A stretch of DNA of 63,740 nucleotides, the filler included, from Octopus bimaculoides (Eukaryota), in NCBI RefSeq assembly GCF_001194135.2. It is 6 parts of 6 records of this genome, joined end to end, with 100 filler letters (N's around TTAATTAATTAA, not from the genome) between each part and the next. Parts side by side here need not be neighbours in the genome. Positions count along the whole stretch, not along the records: positions 44,532 to 51,095 come from NC_069006.1; positions 51,196 to 60,249 come from NC_069005.1; positions 60,350 to 63,740 come from NC_068981.1; 3 more parts are not named here. One strand, 5' to 3'. The notes beneath the pieces were generated by a model. It saw only the letters and a list, made by a program, of their open reading frames with translations. It was not told the origin of the DNA and did not search any database. Each line of letters begins with the position of its first letter. Position 1 is the stretch's first letter. Position numbers and translations under genes: made by a program. Of this stretch, positions 50,710-63,740 are shown in pieces.

Positions 50710-50924
50710 ATCATTACGACGACGATGATGATGATGACAATGATGATGATGATAGTGATGATGATGATAGTGATGGCTATGATGATGACGATGATGATGA
50801 TGACGATGATGCTAATGATGATGGCAATGATGATGATGATGACAAGGAAGATGGCACGGAACACGATGACGATGATGATGATGATGATGATGGCGATGGA
50901 CGAGGATGATGATGGTGATGAAGA

Positions 50925-50955
<31 letters not shown>

Positions 50956-51095
50956 GATGATGATGACGATGATGATGATGATGATGATGATTAATGGAGA
51001 TTGCGGAGATGATGTCCATGATTAAGCCTGATGATGACCATGGCGACGATGACGATGACGAGGATGGTGGCGGTGGCGGAGGTGGTGGTGGTGGT
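50710..51095 (+). repeat. Compound (GAT)n/(GGT)n microsatellite
   Basis: Seen directly. Confidence 0.95.
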
Positions 51096-51314
51096 NNNNN
51101 NNNNNNNNNNNNNNNNNNNNNNNNNNNNNNNNNNNNNNNTTAATTAATTAANNNNNNNNNNNNNNNNNNNNNNNNNNNNNNNNNNNNNNNNNNNNGCTAC
51201 GTAATTAATTAATTACAGAATTAATTAGCTAATGTTTTAAATTCATTTGTTAAAGTCTTTCAAACACACGACGAAGGTCTACGGTTTTTGCTTTATTTTT
51301 TTTTCTTTTAATTT

Positions 51315-51356
<42 letters not shown>

Positions 51357-52316
51357 TGGTGTTTATATGTATTTATGTATGTGCGGTATGCGCACACTTG
51401 TGCTTGTCGAGTTCCTCTGTGATGCATACGCGTGTGTTTAATTGGAATTGAGGGGCAGGTGAGGCGGGATGTGTGTGTGCGTGTGTGTGTATGTGCGTGT
51501 GTTTGTGTATGTGCGTGTGTTTGTGTGTGTGCGTGTGTTTGTGTGTGTGCGTGTGTTTGTGTATGTGCGTGTGTTTGTGTATGTGCGTGTGTTTGTGTAT
51601 GTGCGTGTGTTNNNNNNNNNNNNNNNNNNNNNNNNNNNNNNNNNNNNNNNNNNNNNNNNNNNNNNNNNNNNNNNNNNNNNNNNNNNNNNNNNNNNNNNNN
51701 NNNNNNNNNNNNNNNNNNNNNNNNNNNNNNNNNNNNNNNNNNNNNNNNNNNNNNNNNNNNNNNNNNNNNNNNNNNNNNNNNNNNNNNNNNNNNNNNNNNN
51801 NNNNNNNNNNNNNNNNNNNNNNNNNNNNNNNNNNNNNNNNNNNNNNNNNNNNNNNNNNNNNNNNNNNNNNNNNNNNNNNNNNNNNNNNNNNNNNNNNNNN
51901 NNNNNNNNNNNNNNNNNNNNNNNNNNNNNNNNNNNNNNNNNNNNNNNNNNNNNNNNNNNNNNNNNNNNNNNNNNNNNNNNNNNNNNNNNNNNNNNNNNNN
52001 NNNNNNNNNNNNNNNNNNNNNNNNNNNNNNNNNNNNNNNNNNNNNNNNNNNNNNNNNNNNNNNNNNNNNNNNNNNNNNAGCTGCAAATTGCTGAGTTTTC
52101 ATTCTTACACGATTACATAAAATTATTTTATGAATAATTGCATAAACAAACATGATACAGCAACAGCTGTGTGGCAGCGCGTCATCAGCTAGGTTGCTTT
52201 TAAAACTATGCTGTACGATAGCATATGGTAGCCGGTAACTGCATAGGAGCTTTTAAAAGCATGTTATGAAGTTATTATCCAGATAATATTGAATATATAT
52301 ATTCAATATTAGATTA

Positions 52317-52500
52317 CTGTATTTTAACGTGTATAAGGAATCTTCGTGTAGAAAGAACCCCCTAACTTTTGGGGCTTAAAATTTGGAGGAAAAAAAAGGG
52401 TTTTGTAAGGGATTATAATACTAACCATGTATAAGAAACTCCCATATTTTTTACCCTAATTTCTGACAAAAGAGGGTTCCTTATACACGTTAAAATACGG
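52317..52500. mobile_element. Tc1/pogo-type MITE
   Basis: 24-bp TIR C(T/C)GTATTTTAACGTGTATAAGGAA / TTCCTTATACACGTTAAAATACGG, with TA on both sides. Confidence 0.85.
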
Positions 52501-52679
52501 TAAATACAATTAGTTTCTAGCTCGACACAACCTCCACATTAAGTTGGATACAAAGATTACCTTTTGGTACTAATACTGTTTCTGTTGTTGTTAATTATTT
52601 TTTTAATAATTCTGTTGGCTATTTGCAACATACTGATATCGTTGGCGATGAGGTTCGGCTGGTATGCAGCTACCGGGCG

Positions 52680-52727
52680 TCTATCACTGAGGAGGCCTTG
52701 TAGATCAAAATCGCGTGATCTGACAGA
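52680..52727 (+). ncRNA. Degenerate type I HHR inside a 320-bp direct-repeat-bounded unit
   Basis: Stem I TCTATCA/TGACAGA (6/7). CTGAGGA at 52687-93. Stem II GGCCT-tgt-AGATC (4/5). AAAA in place of GAAA. Quasi-palindromic ATCGCGTGAT. AUC triplet. Confidence 0.6.
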
Positions 52728-53146
52728 TCTGGTTCCCGTAGCAGACGATTCGTCTGCCAACGATATAATTATGCGTGCTTTTATGCACCATGCGTTCGCA
52801 TGAGAGGTCCTCTTAAGATAATTAACCCATTATTCCGTGATCTAACAAAATATCCACGTTAATTTGGATATAAAGATTGCTTTCGGTAGTAATACTGCTT
52901 GTGTCACTAATAATAATAATAATTATTATTATTTCAAATTTTTGCCACAAGGGAAGCTTGACGGGAAGATGGGGGATGAGTCGATTGCATCGACCCCAGT
53001 GTTCAACTGGTACTAATTTTATCGACCCCGAATGAATGAAAGACAAAGTCGACCACGGCGGAATTTAAACTCAATACGTAGCGACGGGCGAAATACCGCT
53101 AAGCATTTCGTCCAGCCTGCTAACGATTCTGGCAGCTGGCCGCCTC

Positions 53147-53214
<68 letters not shown>

Positions 53215-54159
53215 TAAAAATAATAATAATAATAATAACAATAATAATAACAAACAGTACAAACACCCGGTAGACACAAATATCTTCCACCAACAACTTC
53301 ACGATATTGTACACTGTGCGAAATCTATAATGATAATAATANNNNNNNNNNNNNNNNNNNNNNNNNNNNNNNNNNNNNNNNNNNNNNNNNNNNNNNNNNN
53401 NNNNNNNNNNNNNNNNNNNNNNNNNNNNNNNNNNNNNNNNNNNNNNNNNNNNNNNNNNNNNNNNNNNNNNNNNNNNNNNNNNNNNNNNNNNNNNNNNNNN
53501 NNNNNNNNNNNNNNNNNNNNNNNNNNNNNNNNNNNNNNNNNNNNNNNNNNNNNNNNNNNNNNNNNNNNNNNNNNNNNNNNNNNNNNNNNNNNNNNNNNNN
53601 NNNNNNNNNNNNNNNNNNNNNNNNNNNNNNNNNNNNNNNNNNNNNNNNNNNNNNNNNNNNNNNNNNNNNNNNNNNNNNNNNNNNNNNNNNNNNNNNNNNN
53701 NNNNNNNNNNNNNNNNNNNNNNNNNNNNNNNNNNNNNNNNNNNNNNNNNNNNNNNNNNNNNNNNNNNNNNNNNNNNNNNNNNNNNNNNNNNNNNNNNNNN
53801 NNNNNNNNNNNNNNNNNNNNNNNNNNNNNNNNNNNNNNATATATATATTTATATACACGTATAAATTGTTGTTTAGTCTTTGTTTTTGTGGTGTTAGCAG
53901 ATAACAGTGGTTGGATCAGTTTTTTATAGATCATCTGATGTGTTTGTTCTGCTGTGTTTTACGGACAGTAATTGTCCATCAGACGACCAAGTTGCATACG
54001 TCTCAGCTCGCTCGCCACTCTGTCTAGACGTGCGTATATATCGAAGCGCACACACCGTACATACACCAGCACCTCTACCTTGTTTTTTGTTGTTGTTGTT
54101 CCAAATTCTTTCGAAGTCGACTTTGCCTTTCATCTTCTTCTGGCTCGATAAAATATACG

Positions 54160-55050
54160 AGTGAGACAATGGTGTAGTGAGGATGTCGATTAGTCTCTCT
54201 TCTAACAACGCTCAAAAACGTTTTTAGTCCATAAGATTTAAATCTGACGAGTCTGAAAGCCACGAGTTTGGTGTCACGTGATAGAAAGTATCGTCTGACA
54301 TTCGTTTTCTGGGTTAGGGTTAGGGTTTGTGAGAAGATGCTGAGTCTTGTTGAAACCAGAATGGCCTTCAGCTGTGTACTTTAGCCATCCAGCACATCGA
54401 CATATCATGCAGCATTAATTCTAAGACCCAGTAGAAAGATGCCAAATGGCCTGACTCAGCTCTCCTAAGACCATCACAGTTGCTGGAAATTTAGTCAGCT
54501 TTATTCTGGAGACATCAAAAGGATCTGCACATAACCATCTCAGTTTTCTCCTGTTAGACTTTTGTTGTCGGTCGATGTTTTTTTCATCAGAGAAGAACCA
54601 AAGACTGCCATGCTAATAATGGTTTTAATCTTGTGAAATAAAGTCTTGGCACGGTTCAAAATGTCCTTACTCTGTCTTTGCTGACATGACTTTGCATCTT
54701 TTCATTACATACGACTTCTATCGAATGTCCTCGTGCAGCATCACCACAGTTCTGATAGTCCGCTCCGTTACCCGAAATTCTTTGGTGACAGCCTTCATTG
54801 ATCCTCCAGAATCATCTTCGATGATGTTTTGAATTCGTCAGATCGATCGCAGTGCTCTAACTGTGTATGGACGTTTGTAGAATGTTTGTTTTTCTCTTTG
54901 GTACAGGTGAAATATTCTGGCCAAAATCTTGCAATTTGCATTCAAACGATCTTGCAACATTGAGAAAGATGGAAAATTCTAAATTGCTGTGTACTATACA
55001 AATGGCAACAACGATAGCGTTTCTTTTTACATCTTGTGTGTACACTTTAT
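54160..55050 (-). pseudogene. maT/Bmmar1-like (DD37D) Tc1-mariner transposase fossil
   Basis: TQDVKRNAIVVAI...FLNVARSF; IQNIIEDDSGGSMKAVTKEF..RTIR..LHEDIR*KSYVM; LWFFSDEKN; RWLCADP..TKFPATVMVLG; FQQDSASSHK; DSSDLNLMD; VVRRETNRHPH. Confidence 0.88.
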
Positions 55051-56060
55051 CTGGCAGGGGTGGGGATCTGAAAGAAATAAAAATCATTTAATTGATTTGA
55101 AAGGAGAAATATGCAGGCAATTAAGTGTGCTCAAATATCTCTCACATCCCCCATGTATATACACACACGCACACATTCACACATACACATCCGTATTGAA
55201 AATTTATGTATAAACATCATTTAAATACTTAACAACAGCCAACAGCTGTTTCATTAATATAAACACTATTGAATGTATAATTACCAAATTGTTTAAACAT
55301 AATTCAAATTAAATGGAATTGATTTTAGTCAAATAAATTCAAAACCAGTTTTTACCCAAATCATCAGAATAATTACGTTATGTTAATAATCATAAAACCG
55401 TTACTGGTTCAAAATTCATTGAGACAGAGAAAAGAAACACATTCCATGAACATTGGATGTCGTTGGTGGTGTGGAGAGGGGGTGGCTGGTATGCATGGGT
55501 GACTGCTGGTCATCCTTAAACAACCTTGCCCAGATGCCCAGACTTGTGCCTCGGAGGGGAACTTTCTAGGTGCAATGCCACGGTCGTTCATGATCGAAGG
55601 GGATCTTTACCTTATACATATACATATATATCCACACGCATCTTAACACACCAATACCTAGATGCACATTTTTCTGCATACACATATACACCGTTACCTG
55701 TTTCTACATATTCACATGCATCAATGCGTACACATAAATCTACATTCACACACACACACACACATCTCCGCCACCACACACTACAGCCACCAACGTTGCC
55801 GCTGCTGCCGCCACCGCTGCTGTTGTCGCCGCTCCCGCCGCCATCGCCGTCTAACCAGCTAACAGTGCAAGCTGCATCAGAAGTACTGCAATAGTAATCT
55901 GCAACAGCAGCTCTCTACGTCTGTCTGTATGTCTGTTTGTCTTTTGACTATATCTGCATCCCCCTCTCTCTTCCTCTCTTCCCCTCTCTTTTCTCCCCCT
56001 CTCCTCTTTTCTCTGTCTGTTTCTCTCCCTCTGTTTGAGACTTCTTTGCATTCTGTATGC

Positions 56061-56121
<61 letters not shown>

Positions 56122-56357
56122 CATATATATACATACACACAGACACACATACATATGTATATACAGACATACACACACACATATATATATATACACACAT
56201 ACGCATACATATGTATATATAATGATATACATATATATATACATATATATATATTCACATATATATGTATGTATGCATGTATGCGTGTATATGTGTATGT
56301 GTGTAGCTGTCTGTCTGTCTCTATATCCGTCTGTCTCTCCTTTTCCCTTTCTTCTCT

Positions 56358-56389
<32 letters not shown>

Positions 56390-56396
56390 GTCAGTA

Positions 56397-56435
<39 letters not shown>

Positions 56436-56884
56436 AACACTTCTCCCATTCATTGATCCCTCTCCGTTCAAATTTCTCATTTCCTCCATCTTTTTTCACC
56501 AATTTCAATGAATTCTTTCGTTTCGTTTCTTTCTTTCTTTCTTTCTTTCTTTCTTTTCCCCCTTTCTTTCTTCTACATGATTTCTTTCCTTTCTTTTCTT
56601 GTTGTATTCCTATTCTGTTTCACCGCTTTCCTCCCCCTCTCTCCATTCCCCACTCTCCTCCCTCATCTTCCACTTTCTTCCTTCCCCCTCCACCCCCACT
56701 GTTGTCTCCACATCTTTCATTTCACTTTGACTTCCATTATCATTTACTCTTATTTTTCTTAAATCATCAATCTATCAATCTTTTACTCTATTACTCTTAT
56801 TTTATCAATCTTTTGCCCCATCACTCTTTTACTCAGTCAATCTTTTATTCTGTCACTCTTTTTGTTTTATCATTCTTTCAACTT

Positions 56885-57060
56885 TATCTTGTTTCAGTCA
56901 TTAGACTGCGGCCATGCTGGGACACCTCCTTCAAGAACTGTAGTCGAGCTAATCGGCCCCAGTACTGTTCTGTCGATCTCTTTAGCCGAACCGCTAGGTT
57001 ACAGGGACGTAAACGCACCAACACTTGTTGTCAAGCGATGGTGGGGGACAAAAACACACA
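56885..57060 (-). mobile_element. Family-A SINE 3' body
   Basis: gtttcagtcattagactgcggccatgctgg...gccgaaccgctaggttacagggacgtaaacgcaccaaca is the reverse complement of 15930-16100. Confidence 0.85.
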
Positions 57061-57181
57061 CACACACACACTCACAGACACACGTACACGTTCACACACG
57101 CATATAGTTATACAATATAAGTTATATATGCATGAACTCACTATATATTCTGTTTCCAGTTATCTATCTATCTATTTCTCA

Positions 57182-57239
<58 letters not shown>

Positions 57240-58170
57240 NNNNNNNNNNNNNNNNNNNNNNNNNNNNNNNNNNNNNNNNNNNNNNNNNNNNNNNNNNNNN
57301 NNNNNNNNNNNNNNNNNNNNNNNNNNNNNNNNNNNNNNNNNNNNNNNNNNNNNNNNNNNNNNNNNNNNNNNNNNNNNNNNNNNNNNNNNNNNNNNNNNNN
57401 NNNNNNNNNNNNNNNNNNNNNNNNNNNNNNNNNNNNNNNNNNNNNNNNNNNNNNNNNNNNNNNNNNNNNNNNNNNNNNNNNNNNNNNNNNNNNNNNNNNN
57501 NNNNNNNNNNNNNNNNNNNNNNNNNNNNNNNNNNNNNNNNNNNNNNNNNNNNNNNNNNNNNNNNNNNNNNNNNNNNNNNNNNNNNNNNNNNNNNNNNNNN
57601 NNNNNNNNNNNNNNNNNNNNNNNNNNNNNNNNNNNNNNNNNNNNNNNNNNNNNNNNNNNNNNNNNNNNNNNNNNNNNNNNNNNNNNNNNNNNNNNNNNNN
57701 NNNNNNNNNNNNNNNNNNNNNNNNNNNNNNNNNNNNNNNNNNNNNNNNNNNNNNNNNNNNNNNNNNNNNNNNNNNNNNNNNNNNNNNNNNNNNNNNNNNN
57801 NNNNNNNNNNNNNNNNNNNNNNNNNNNNNNNNNNNNNNNNNNNNNNNNNNNNNNNNNNNNNNNNNNNNNNNNNNNNNNNNNNNNNNNNNNNNNNNNNNNN
57901 NNNNNNNNNNNNNNNNNNNNNNNNNNNNNNNNNNNNNNNNNNNNNNNNNNNNNNNNNNNNNNNNNNNNNNNNNNNNNNNNNNNNNNNNNTTATAAAACAA
58001 ATTTTACAAAATATATAGTATCTGTTAACAGTCTTAGCCAAAAACTCACAGTTGAGTTTTTGTATATATATATGTATACATGTCTCTTAAAGGATAGAGC
58101 TCAAAATCAATTTATATATATATATATATATAAATGTTATAAATATGTGTATATATTTATATATATATAT

Positions 58171-58219
<49 letters not shown>

Positions 58220-58242
58220 TTGATAGATAGACAGACAGACAA

Positions 58243-58291
<49 letters not shown>

Positions 58292-58451
58292 GGTAGATAA
58301 CTGGAAACAATATAGCGACTTCATGCATGAACCTACACGTATATGTATAAAGTATATATGTCCGTATATACACATATAATTATGCACATACACATATATA
58401 TATATATATATATGGATACTTATACATGTATATGAAAACATAATATCATAC

Positions 58452-58489
<38 letters not shown>

Positions 58490-58543
58490 ACAGACTAACA
58501 AAGAGATAGACAGACATATGAAGAATTACATACATACATACAC

Positions 58544-58594
<51 letters not shown>

Positions 58595-58741
58595 TGTGTA
58601 GCAAGCAGGCCTTTCCAGACGTTGGCGACACATTTTAAAAATAAAACATTTTCGTGACATACATTAATTAAGTTTTGCTAGCAATGAACCATTGTATCAC
58701 GTGTAATCAGTCACGTGTCTAATCGTAGACATATTTGGCAG

Positions 58742-58807
58742 ATTTCAGCCGAATGTTGTGGAAAATTGATGAGATCTCGAAAGAACTTAGTATCATGACA
58801 CAGTTTG
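58742..58807 (+). CDS. Candidate internal exon, 66 nt, phase 1-1 (xFSRMLWKIDEISKELSIMTQFx); an upstream AG would start it at 58729
   Basis: Branch-like TCTAAT at ~58718, acceptor ggcag| and donor TTG|GTAAGT. The frame is open. Confidence 0.35.
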
Positions 58808-58951
58808 GTAAGTTCTGAGAGAAGCCGATTGAATATATTGTCTTCATATGACAAATTGAAGTGTCACGTGATAGATACATCAAGGTACATACTTCAAACA
58901 AACGCCTTTCTTTCTTTCTTTCTGTCTGTCTCTCTCACTTTCTCTCTCTCA

Positions 58952-59058
<107 letters not shown>

Positions 59059-59264
59059 GAGGTTGTGAGAGGTAATGGCGTCAAAAAGACCCAAAGGTGT
59101 CAGGTAATGCTGAGTAAGTGCTATGGACAGACCATAGTTAAGCTCCAGTTAAGCCCATAGTTAAGTAGGTCATATATCAGCATGTGTATATGTATAAAAA
59201 TTTTGTTTTTCAGAATGAGATAAAAAAAATCAAGGCTGTGAAGATTTTAGAAGATTTATAAATA

Positions 59265-59315
59265 GGTCTTACAGCTGTTTCCGGGATATTTTTTATATCC
59301 CGTCTTCGGAGAAGG
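59265..59315 (-). ncRNA. Type I hammerhead ribozyme with U4C core variant
   Basis: Minus strand: TCT CCGAAGA CGGGATAT-aaaaa-ATATCCCG GAAA CAGCTG TA ^ AGA. Perfect 8-bp stem II, palindromic ACAGCTGT, GUA triplet, and only 3 bp of stem I. Confidence 0.7.
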
Positions 59316-59936
59316 TGTGAGAAAATGGCTAAGCAACAGTTATTCTAGGGGGAATGAAAATAGATGTGAGATATGCAGAGATATTGCATTTGTAGATCCA
59401 GAATGTGACGAGTTCGACCCTTTGAAATACAATTCATTTCTGCCAACTGAGCCGACTGGATTAACGCGAAACAAAGTATTCTGCTCAAGAAACACTTTCT
59501 GTACACTAATACTCAAGTCCCAATTATTAATTCCTTTCCACTGGTTCTATGAAATAATTAAAGCATCCACACCCAGCTTTAACCTTATGTAGTACGACAG
59601 AATTAATCTCTGTTCATGATGCTGTCTCGCCCTGTACATTATTTACATGTCAGAAGGGTCTGCTTAGTTACTATACGTGTATAGGCTCTTATCACTGTAG
59701 ACTTTGCAGTTATATATATATCATATTTTTCCTAGCGTTATTTGTATTGCTTTGTGATTTTTGCTCGACGACATGAACATGAATCGCATGTATTATGCTG
59801 TGATATTGCATAAACGTTATTTATATTCATGTCTGAACCATGTGTTGTTGAAACGATCGGAACGAAGGAATATATGCAAAACCCTCGCCTCCATCCTTGG
59901 ACTACACAGACACACACATACACACACACACATACG

Positions 59937-60052
<116 letters not shown>

Positions 60053-61149
60053 CACACATATTTACAGGTGGACAGGTGGCAGTGGTGGCGATGTTAGTGA
60101 TGTTGGTAATAATGATGATCATGATGGTGTTGATGCTTCATGCTGATGATGATGGTGACGGTAGTAGCAGCGATAGTCGGGGTGGTAGTGCTGATGGCCA
60201 CTACGACGACGACCACCACCACCACCACCACCACCACCACCACGATCACNNNNNNNNNNNNNNNNNNNNNNNNNNNNNNNNNNNNNNNNNNNNTTAATTA
60301 ATTAANNNNNNNNNNNNNNNNNNNNNNNNNNNNNNNNNNNNNNNNNNNNTATATATATATATATATATATCCATGACACATAAACGTGCATGTGCGTGTG
60401 TATGTGTATGTGTATGTGTGTGTGTGTGCATATACATACAATTATACACAGTAAGTCTAGCGGATAAGTATAAAAAAAAGAAAGCTCAGTTAACTGTCAA
60501 AAAAGACTGCAAAAGAAGAAAAGCACCTACAAAGAAACCAAATATAAACAGCTCATACTTATAACCCAACATACATACATAGATACATACATACACATAT
60601 ATGTGTGCATAGATGCACAAACCCACCCCCACTATAACGACACTCACATATGTATTTCTTTTTTGTCCGTTTTGACCAGTGCAATTGTCAGGTCAAATGG
60701 AATTATAATACAGGTTTCACTTCTATCTCTCATCCATGATTCACCAGAGTTTAATGCCGCATTTTCCCCCCTTCCACGTAGGATTGTATAAACAGACATA
60801 CACACGCACAAACATATATATAAATATTTCAATACATACATACACACATATATATGTGTATTATGCATATAAGTATTTATATATGTATATATATCTATGC
60901 ATGTTTATATGTTCCTTTGCTTTGTATTGCTTGCTTGCTTGCATGCTTACTTGTTTTGTATGGTGTTCTTTTACCGTTCTCTGTTGGGATATATTCAGTC
61001 ACCAAATATTCAAATATTTCATAGATCAGAACTGAATATTTTCATGTATTTGGGGTGGCGGGAATGGAACGGTAGTGTTGTGTTTTATTATCATTATTTC
61101 TATATATTTTCACTCGATTGAAAGCTAACAATTTTTATGGTTTAGTCAG

Positions 61150-61197
61150 ACAGAGAATGGCATCACCTATGACATTTTTGCAGGACGACCAAGACTG
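61150..61197 (+). CDS. Candidate exon (TENGITYDIFAGRPRL); alternative AGs give starts at 61146, 61150 or 61154
   Basis: Branch GCTAAC at 61124-29, a T-rich tract, and donor CTG|GTAATT. Confidence 0.3.
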
Positions 61198-61327
61198 GTA
61201 ATTGTTCTGGTTAGAGAACACTATGTCCTGTGTGTTACGTTTCTGTAAGTATCGAATGCATCACCGTATTCTGGGACCAAAAATTCCGTCTTAAAGCTTG
61301 TCGAATGCTTGCCATAATTACTTAAGC

Positions 61328-61801
61328 CAGTGGTTCCCAAACTTTTTAGAGACGCGACCCACTATCTATGACACCAGTTTATGGCTACCCAAAGAAACAA
61401 ATTTATTTCAGATTACATTTTCATTGAAGCCTGTGAGAAGGATGAGCCTGTTTCTTGCTACTAATACAAAACCTCGAAGCAGTAACTGTTATCGGCTCGA
61501 TCAGTGTTGTACTGCGACTAGTTAAAGTTCTCTATAAATAGGTACAAACAGACTTTTCCTTTTTACGATTACGTACGAATAAATAACTTGAGAAAATGAC
61601 CACTTCTGATTTGTTAAGTTCGTGAAAAAAGCCTACTGCTTGATAAAACAACCAGTCTGGTATTGAAAACATGAGTCTTGAACTATCTCGATAGACAGCA
61701 GTTAATCAAAGCTAATACGTAATTTTATAACTTTTTGTGACCCACTAGGATTCCGTTCGCGACCCATCAGTGAGTCACGACTCATAGTTTGGGAACCTAA
61801 G
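61328..61801. mobile_element. hAT-Charlie-type MITE
   Basis: TIR CAGTGGTTCCCAAAC / GTTTGGGAACCTAAG and 8-bp TSD ACTTAAGC / TCTTAAGC. Confidence 0.8.
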
Positions 61802-63542
61802 TCTTAAGCAATTAGCGGTGTTAAACTTGGTGTTAAGTATTTTGTTGACAAATAGTGCCTAAAAGTGTTAGTGCTGTCCACTTTGTCCGGGAATAACTTC
61901 AATCTGCAGCCACTTGTGGTGGTAGCGGTGGGGCGGGGGGGGGGCTGATCCGAGAGTTCTAGATGTTTGAAGAGTGTGGAACCAGCTCTTAACCACTATA
62001 TTTCAAGGTCTACTCTGATCCAGAGTCTCAGCTGTGGATGAAATATAATATAACTACCTGAGTCATGGAACGTTGCGATCATGAGACGTTGAAATCATGG
62101 GATACAGCATGGAGAATGTGAACTATTTCGGAAAACGAACTTATTGAATCAATGGCGAATGTCACTAGATACTGGGCGGATGAACAGACAACAAACTGGC
62201 AACGGTCAGGATAACCAGTTCAGGTAGCGAACTGCTGCTATCATCTGTAGTCGATAGGTGCATAGAAAAGATATTTCAGTTTGTGAAATACCAATCTGAC
62301 TTAAACCCTAGCCAGACTTTCATGACTCATAGATCGATTAGGACATCGGCATGAAAGAGTTGCATTGGATTAAGTAATGACGATGAAAATGACTTTGTAG
62401 ATAAGGTATTGTCTAGTGATGACTACAATTAATGATGTCTATTTAGGTGTGATAAACAGGGCAGTTACAAGTATTTTTCAATTACCAATACTATACTCTA
62501 TCCAACGCCTGGTCTGGGAATCGAAACTGCGATCCTCCGACCGAGAGTCTGCTGCCCTAACCGCTGGGCCATTGCGCCTCCACATTTATAGGTATATTTA
62601 AATGAATAAATATAAATATAGTTATAAGTGAAGGATTCTCAATCCGGGCAAAATACTTTATAAGCTCTCCATTAGTACACCAGACTAACAATATTGTTTA
62701 GATTAGGAAAGAACTCCGTGTAGTCTAGCAGGAGGGTCTGAAGTTATAGTTTATCGTCATTCTATATTGTAAATCCATGATTATGATGCATTGTATTAAA
62801 TATAAATATATGTAAATACATATATATGTATGTAAGTACGTATGTATGTACGTAAGTATGTATGTATGCATGTATGCATTATGTATGTATGTACGTTTGT
62901 AGGTATGCATGTTTGTATGCATGTATGTACGTATATATGTATGTATGTATGCGTGTATGTATTTGTATAGTTTTATTAGTGGAACTATAAAAATACAACT
63001 CAAAATAAGCGTATACACACACACACACACATCTTTTTCATTATTAATTGGTAGAGTTTACAGAATGATACAAGGGTAAAGAATTACGTGCATTGTCATT
63101 TATGAAACTCTAATGAGAGCCAATGCACAAAACTCTAGGCCCTTCGGTCATTCTGTAACTTCTGCCAGTTCTGATGCACAGACACACACGCACACACATA
63201 CACACACACACATACACAGACACACATACACTGCTTTATGTTATATTATATGTTTTATATTAATATCATATACAAAAACTGAGTATTCAGCTTGTTGACA
63301 TAACAATAAACAAAATAAGTCTCTAGAGAAATATAAAACAGTCTATATTTACTGTGTTAGGTCTGAAATATGATCATAGTAAAAAAAATCCCATAAAATA
63401 AGAAGTATGTATATATATCAACACCAACAAGGTTAGGTATAGAAAGAAGCGTTTTTAAACTTATATATTTAAACTCACATATAGAAAATACTCAAATCTC
63501 ACTCTCACCCTAACACAACCACGCATACAAAAACATAGACGA

Positions 63543-63704
63543 GGCGCAGGAGTGGCTGTGTGGTAAGTAGCTTACTTACCAACGACATGGTTCCGGGTTC
63601 AGTCCCAATGCGTGGCACCTTGGGCAAGTGTTTTCTACTATAGCCTCGGCCCGACCGAAGCCTTGCGAGTGGATTTGGTAGACGGAAACTGAAAGAATCC
63701 CGTC

Positions 63705-63706
<2 letters not shown>
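63543..63706 (+). mobile_element. Family-A tRNA-SINE 5' part, close to consensus
   Basis: ggcgcaggagtggctgtgtggtaagtagc...ggttcagtccc...aaactgaaagaatcccgtcg followed by (TA)n. Confidence 0.9.

Positions 63707-63740
<34 letters not shown>

Noticed and set aside
50673-50994. Poly-Asp / poly-Met ORFs
   Set aside because: These are (GAT)n microsatellite translations.
52158-52193. CTGATGA...CAGCTGTT on the minus strand as an HHR
   Set aside because: GAAA is missing and there is no stem I or II.
56057-58018. 653-aa ORF and all other long ORFs rich in X, YI, HT, CV, ER/LS, poly-I/N/D
   Set aside because: These are translations of N gaps and microsatellites with no coding signal.
59317-59592. 91-aa ORF with CxxC
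   Set aside because: TTG/GTG-type start, no recognised domain, and it is adjacent to repeat-derived sequence.

Overview
This is AT-rich, microsatellite-saturated animal genomic DNA with many N gaps and five artificial 100-bp scaffold linkers (44 N + TTAATTAATTAA + 44 N). The repeat content is most consistent with an octopus or other coleoid cephalopod; that is my inference and was not checked against a database. No complete protein-coding gene is visible. Almost all long ORFs in the track are microsatellite or N artefacts, and I found only a few short, unverified candidate exons. Recognisable content includes dozens of tRNA-derived SINE copies, RTE LINE fragments, an R2/R4/NeSL-type endonuclease fragment, a decayed Gypsy pol, mariner and maT (DD37D) transposase fossils, several MITEs, a 5S rRNA-derived fragment and a decayed Penelope-like element (PLE). 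The main observation is about 12 type I hammerhead ribozyme (HHR) motifs that I folded by hand: about 5 intact or near-intact, the rest degenerate or partial, in roughly 8 unrelated sequence contexts. Most sit in short PLE pseudo-LTR-like units whose 3' ends run into (TA)n tracts. They include a nested palindromic four-HHR cassette (10.05-11.0 kb), an HHR next to a tRNA-like head (13.1 kb), variants with non-canonical cores, and a 320-bp direct-repeat-bounded retrozyme-like unit (52.5-52.9 kb). None of these ribozymes has been tested for cleavage.
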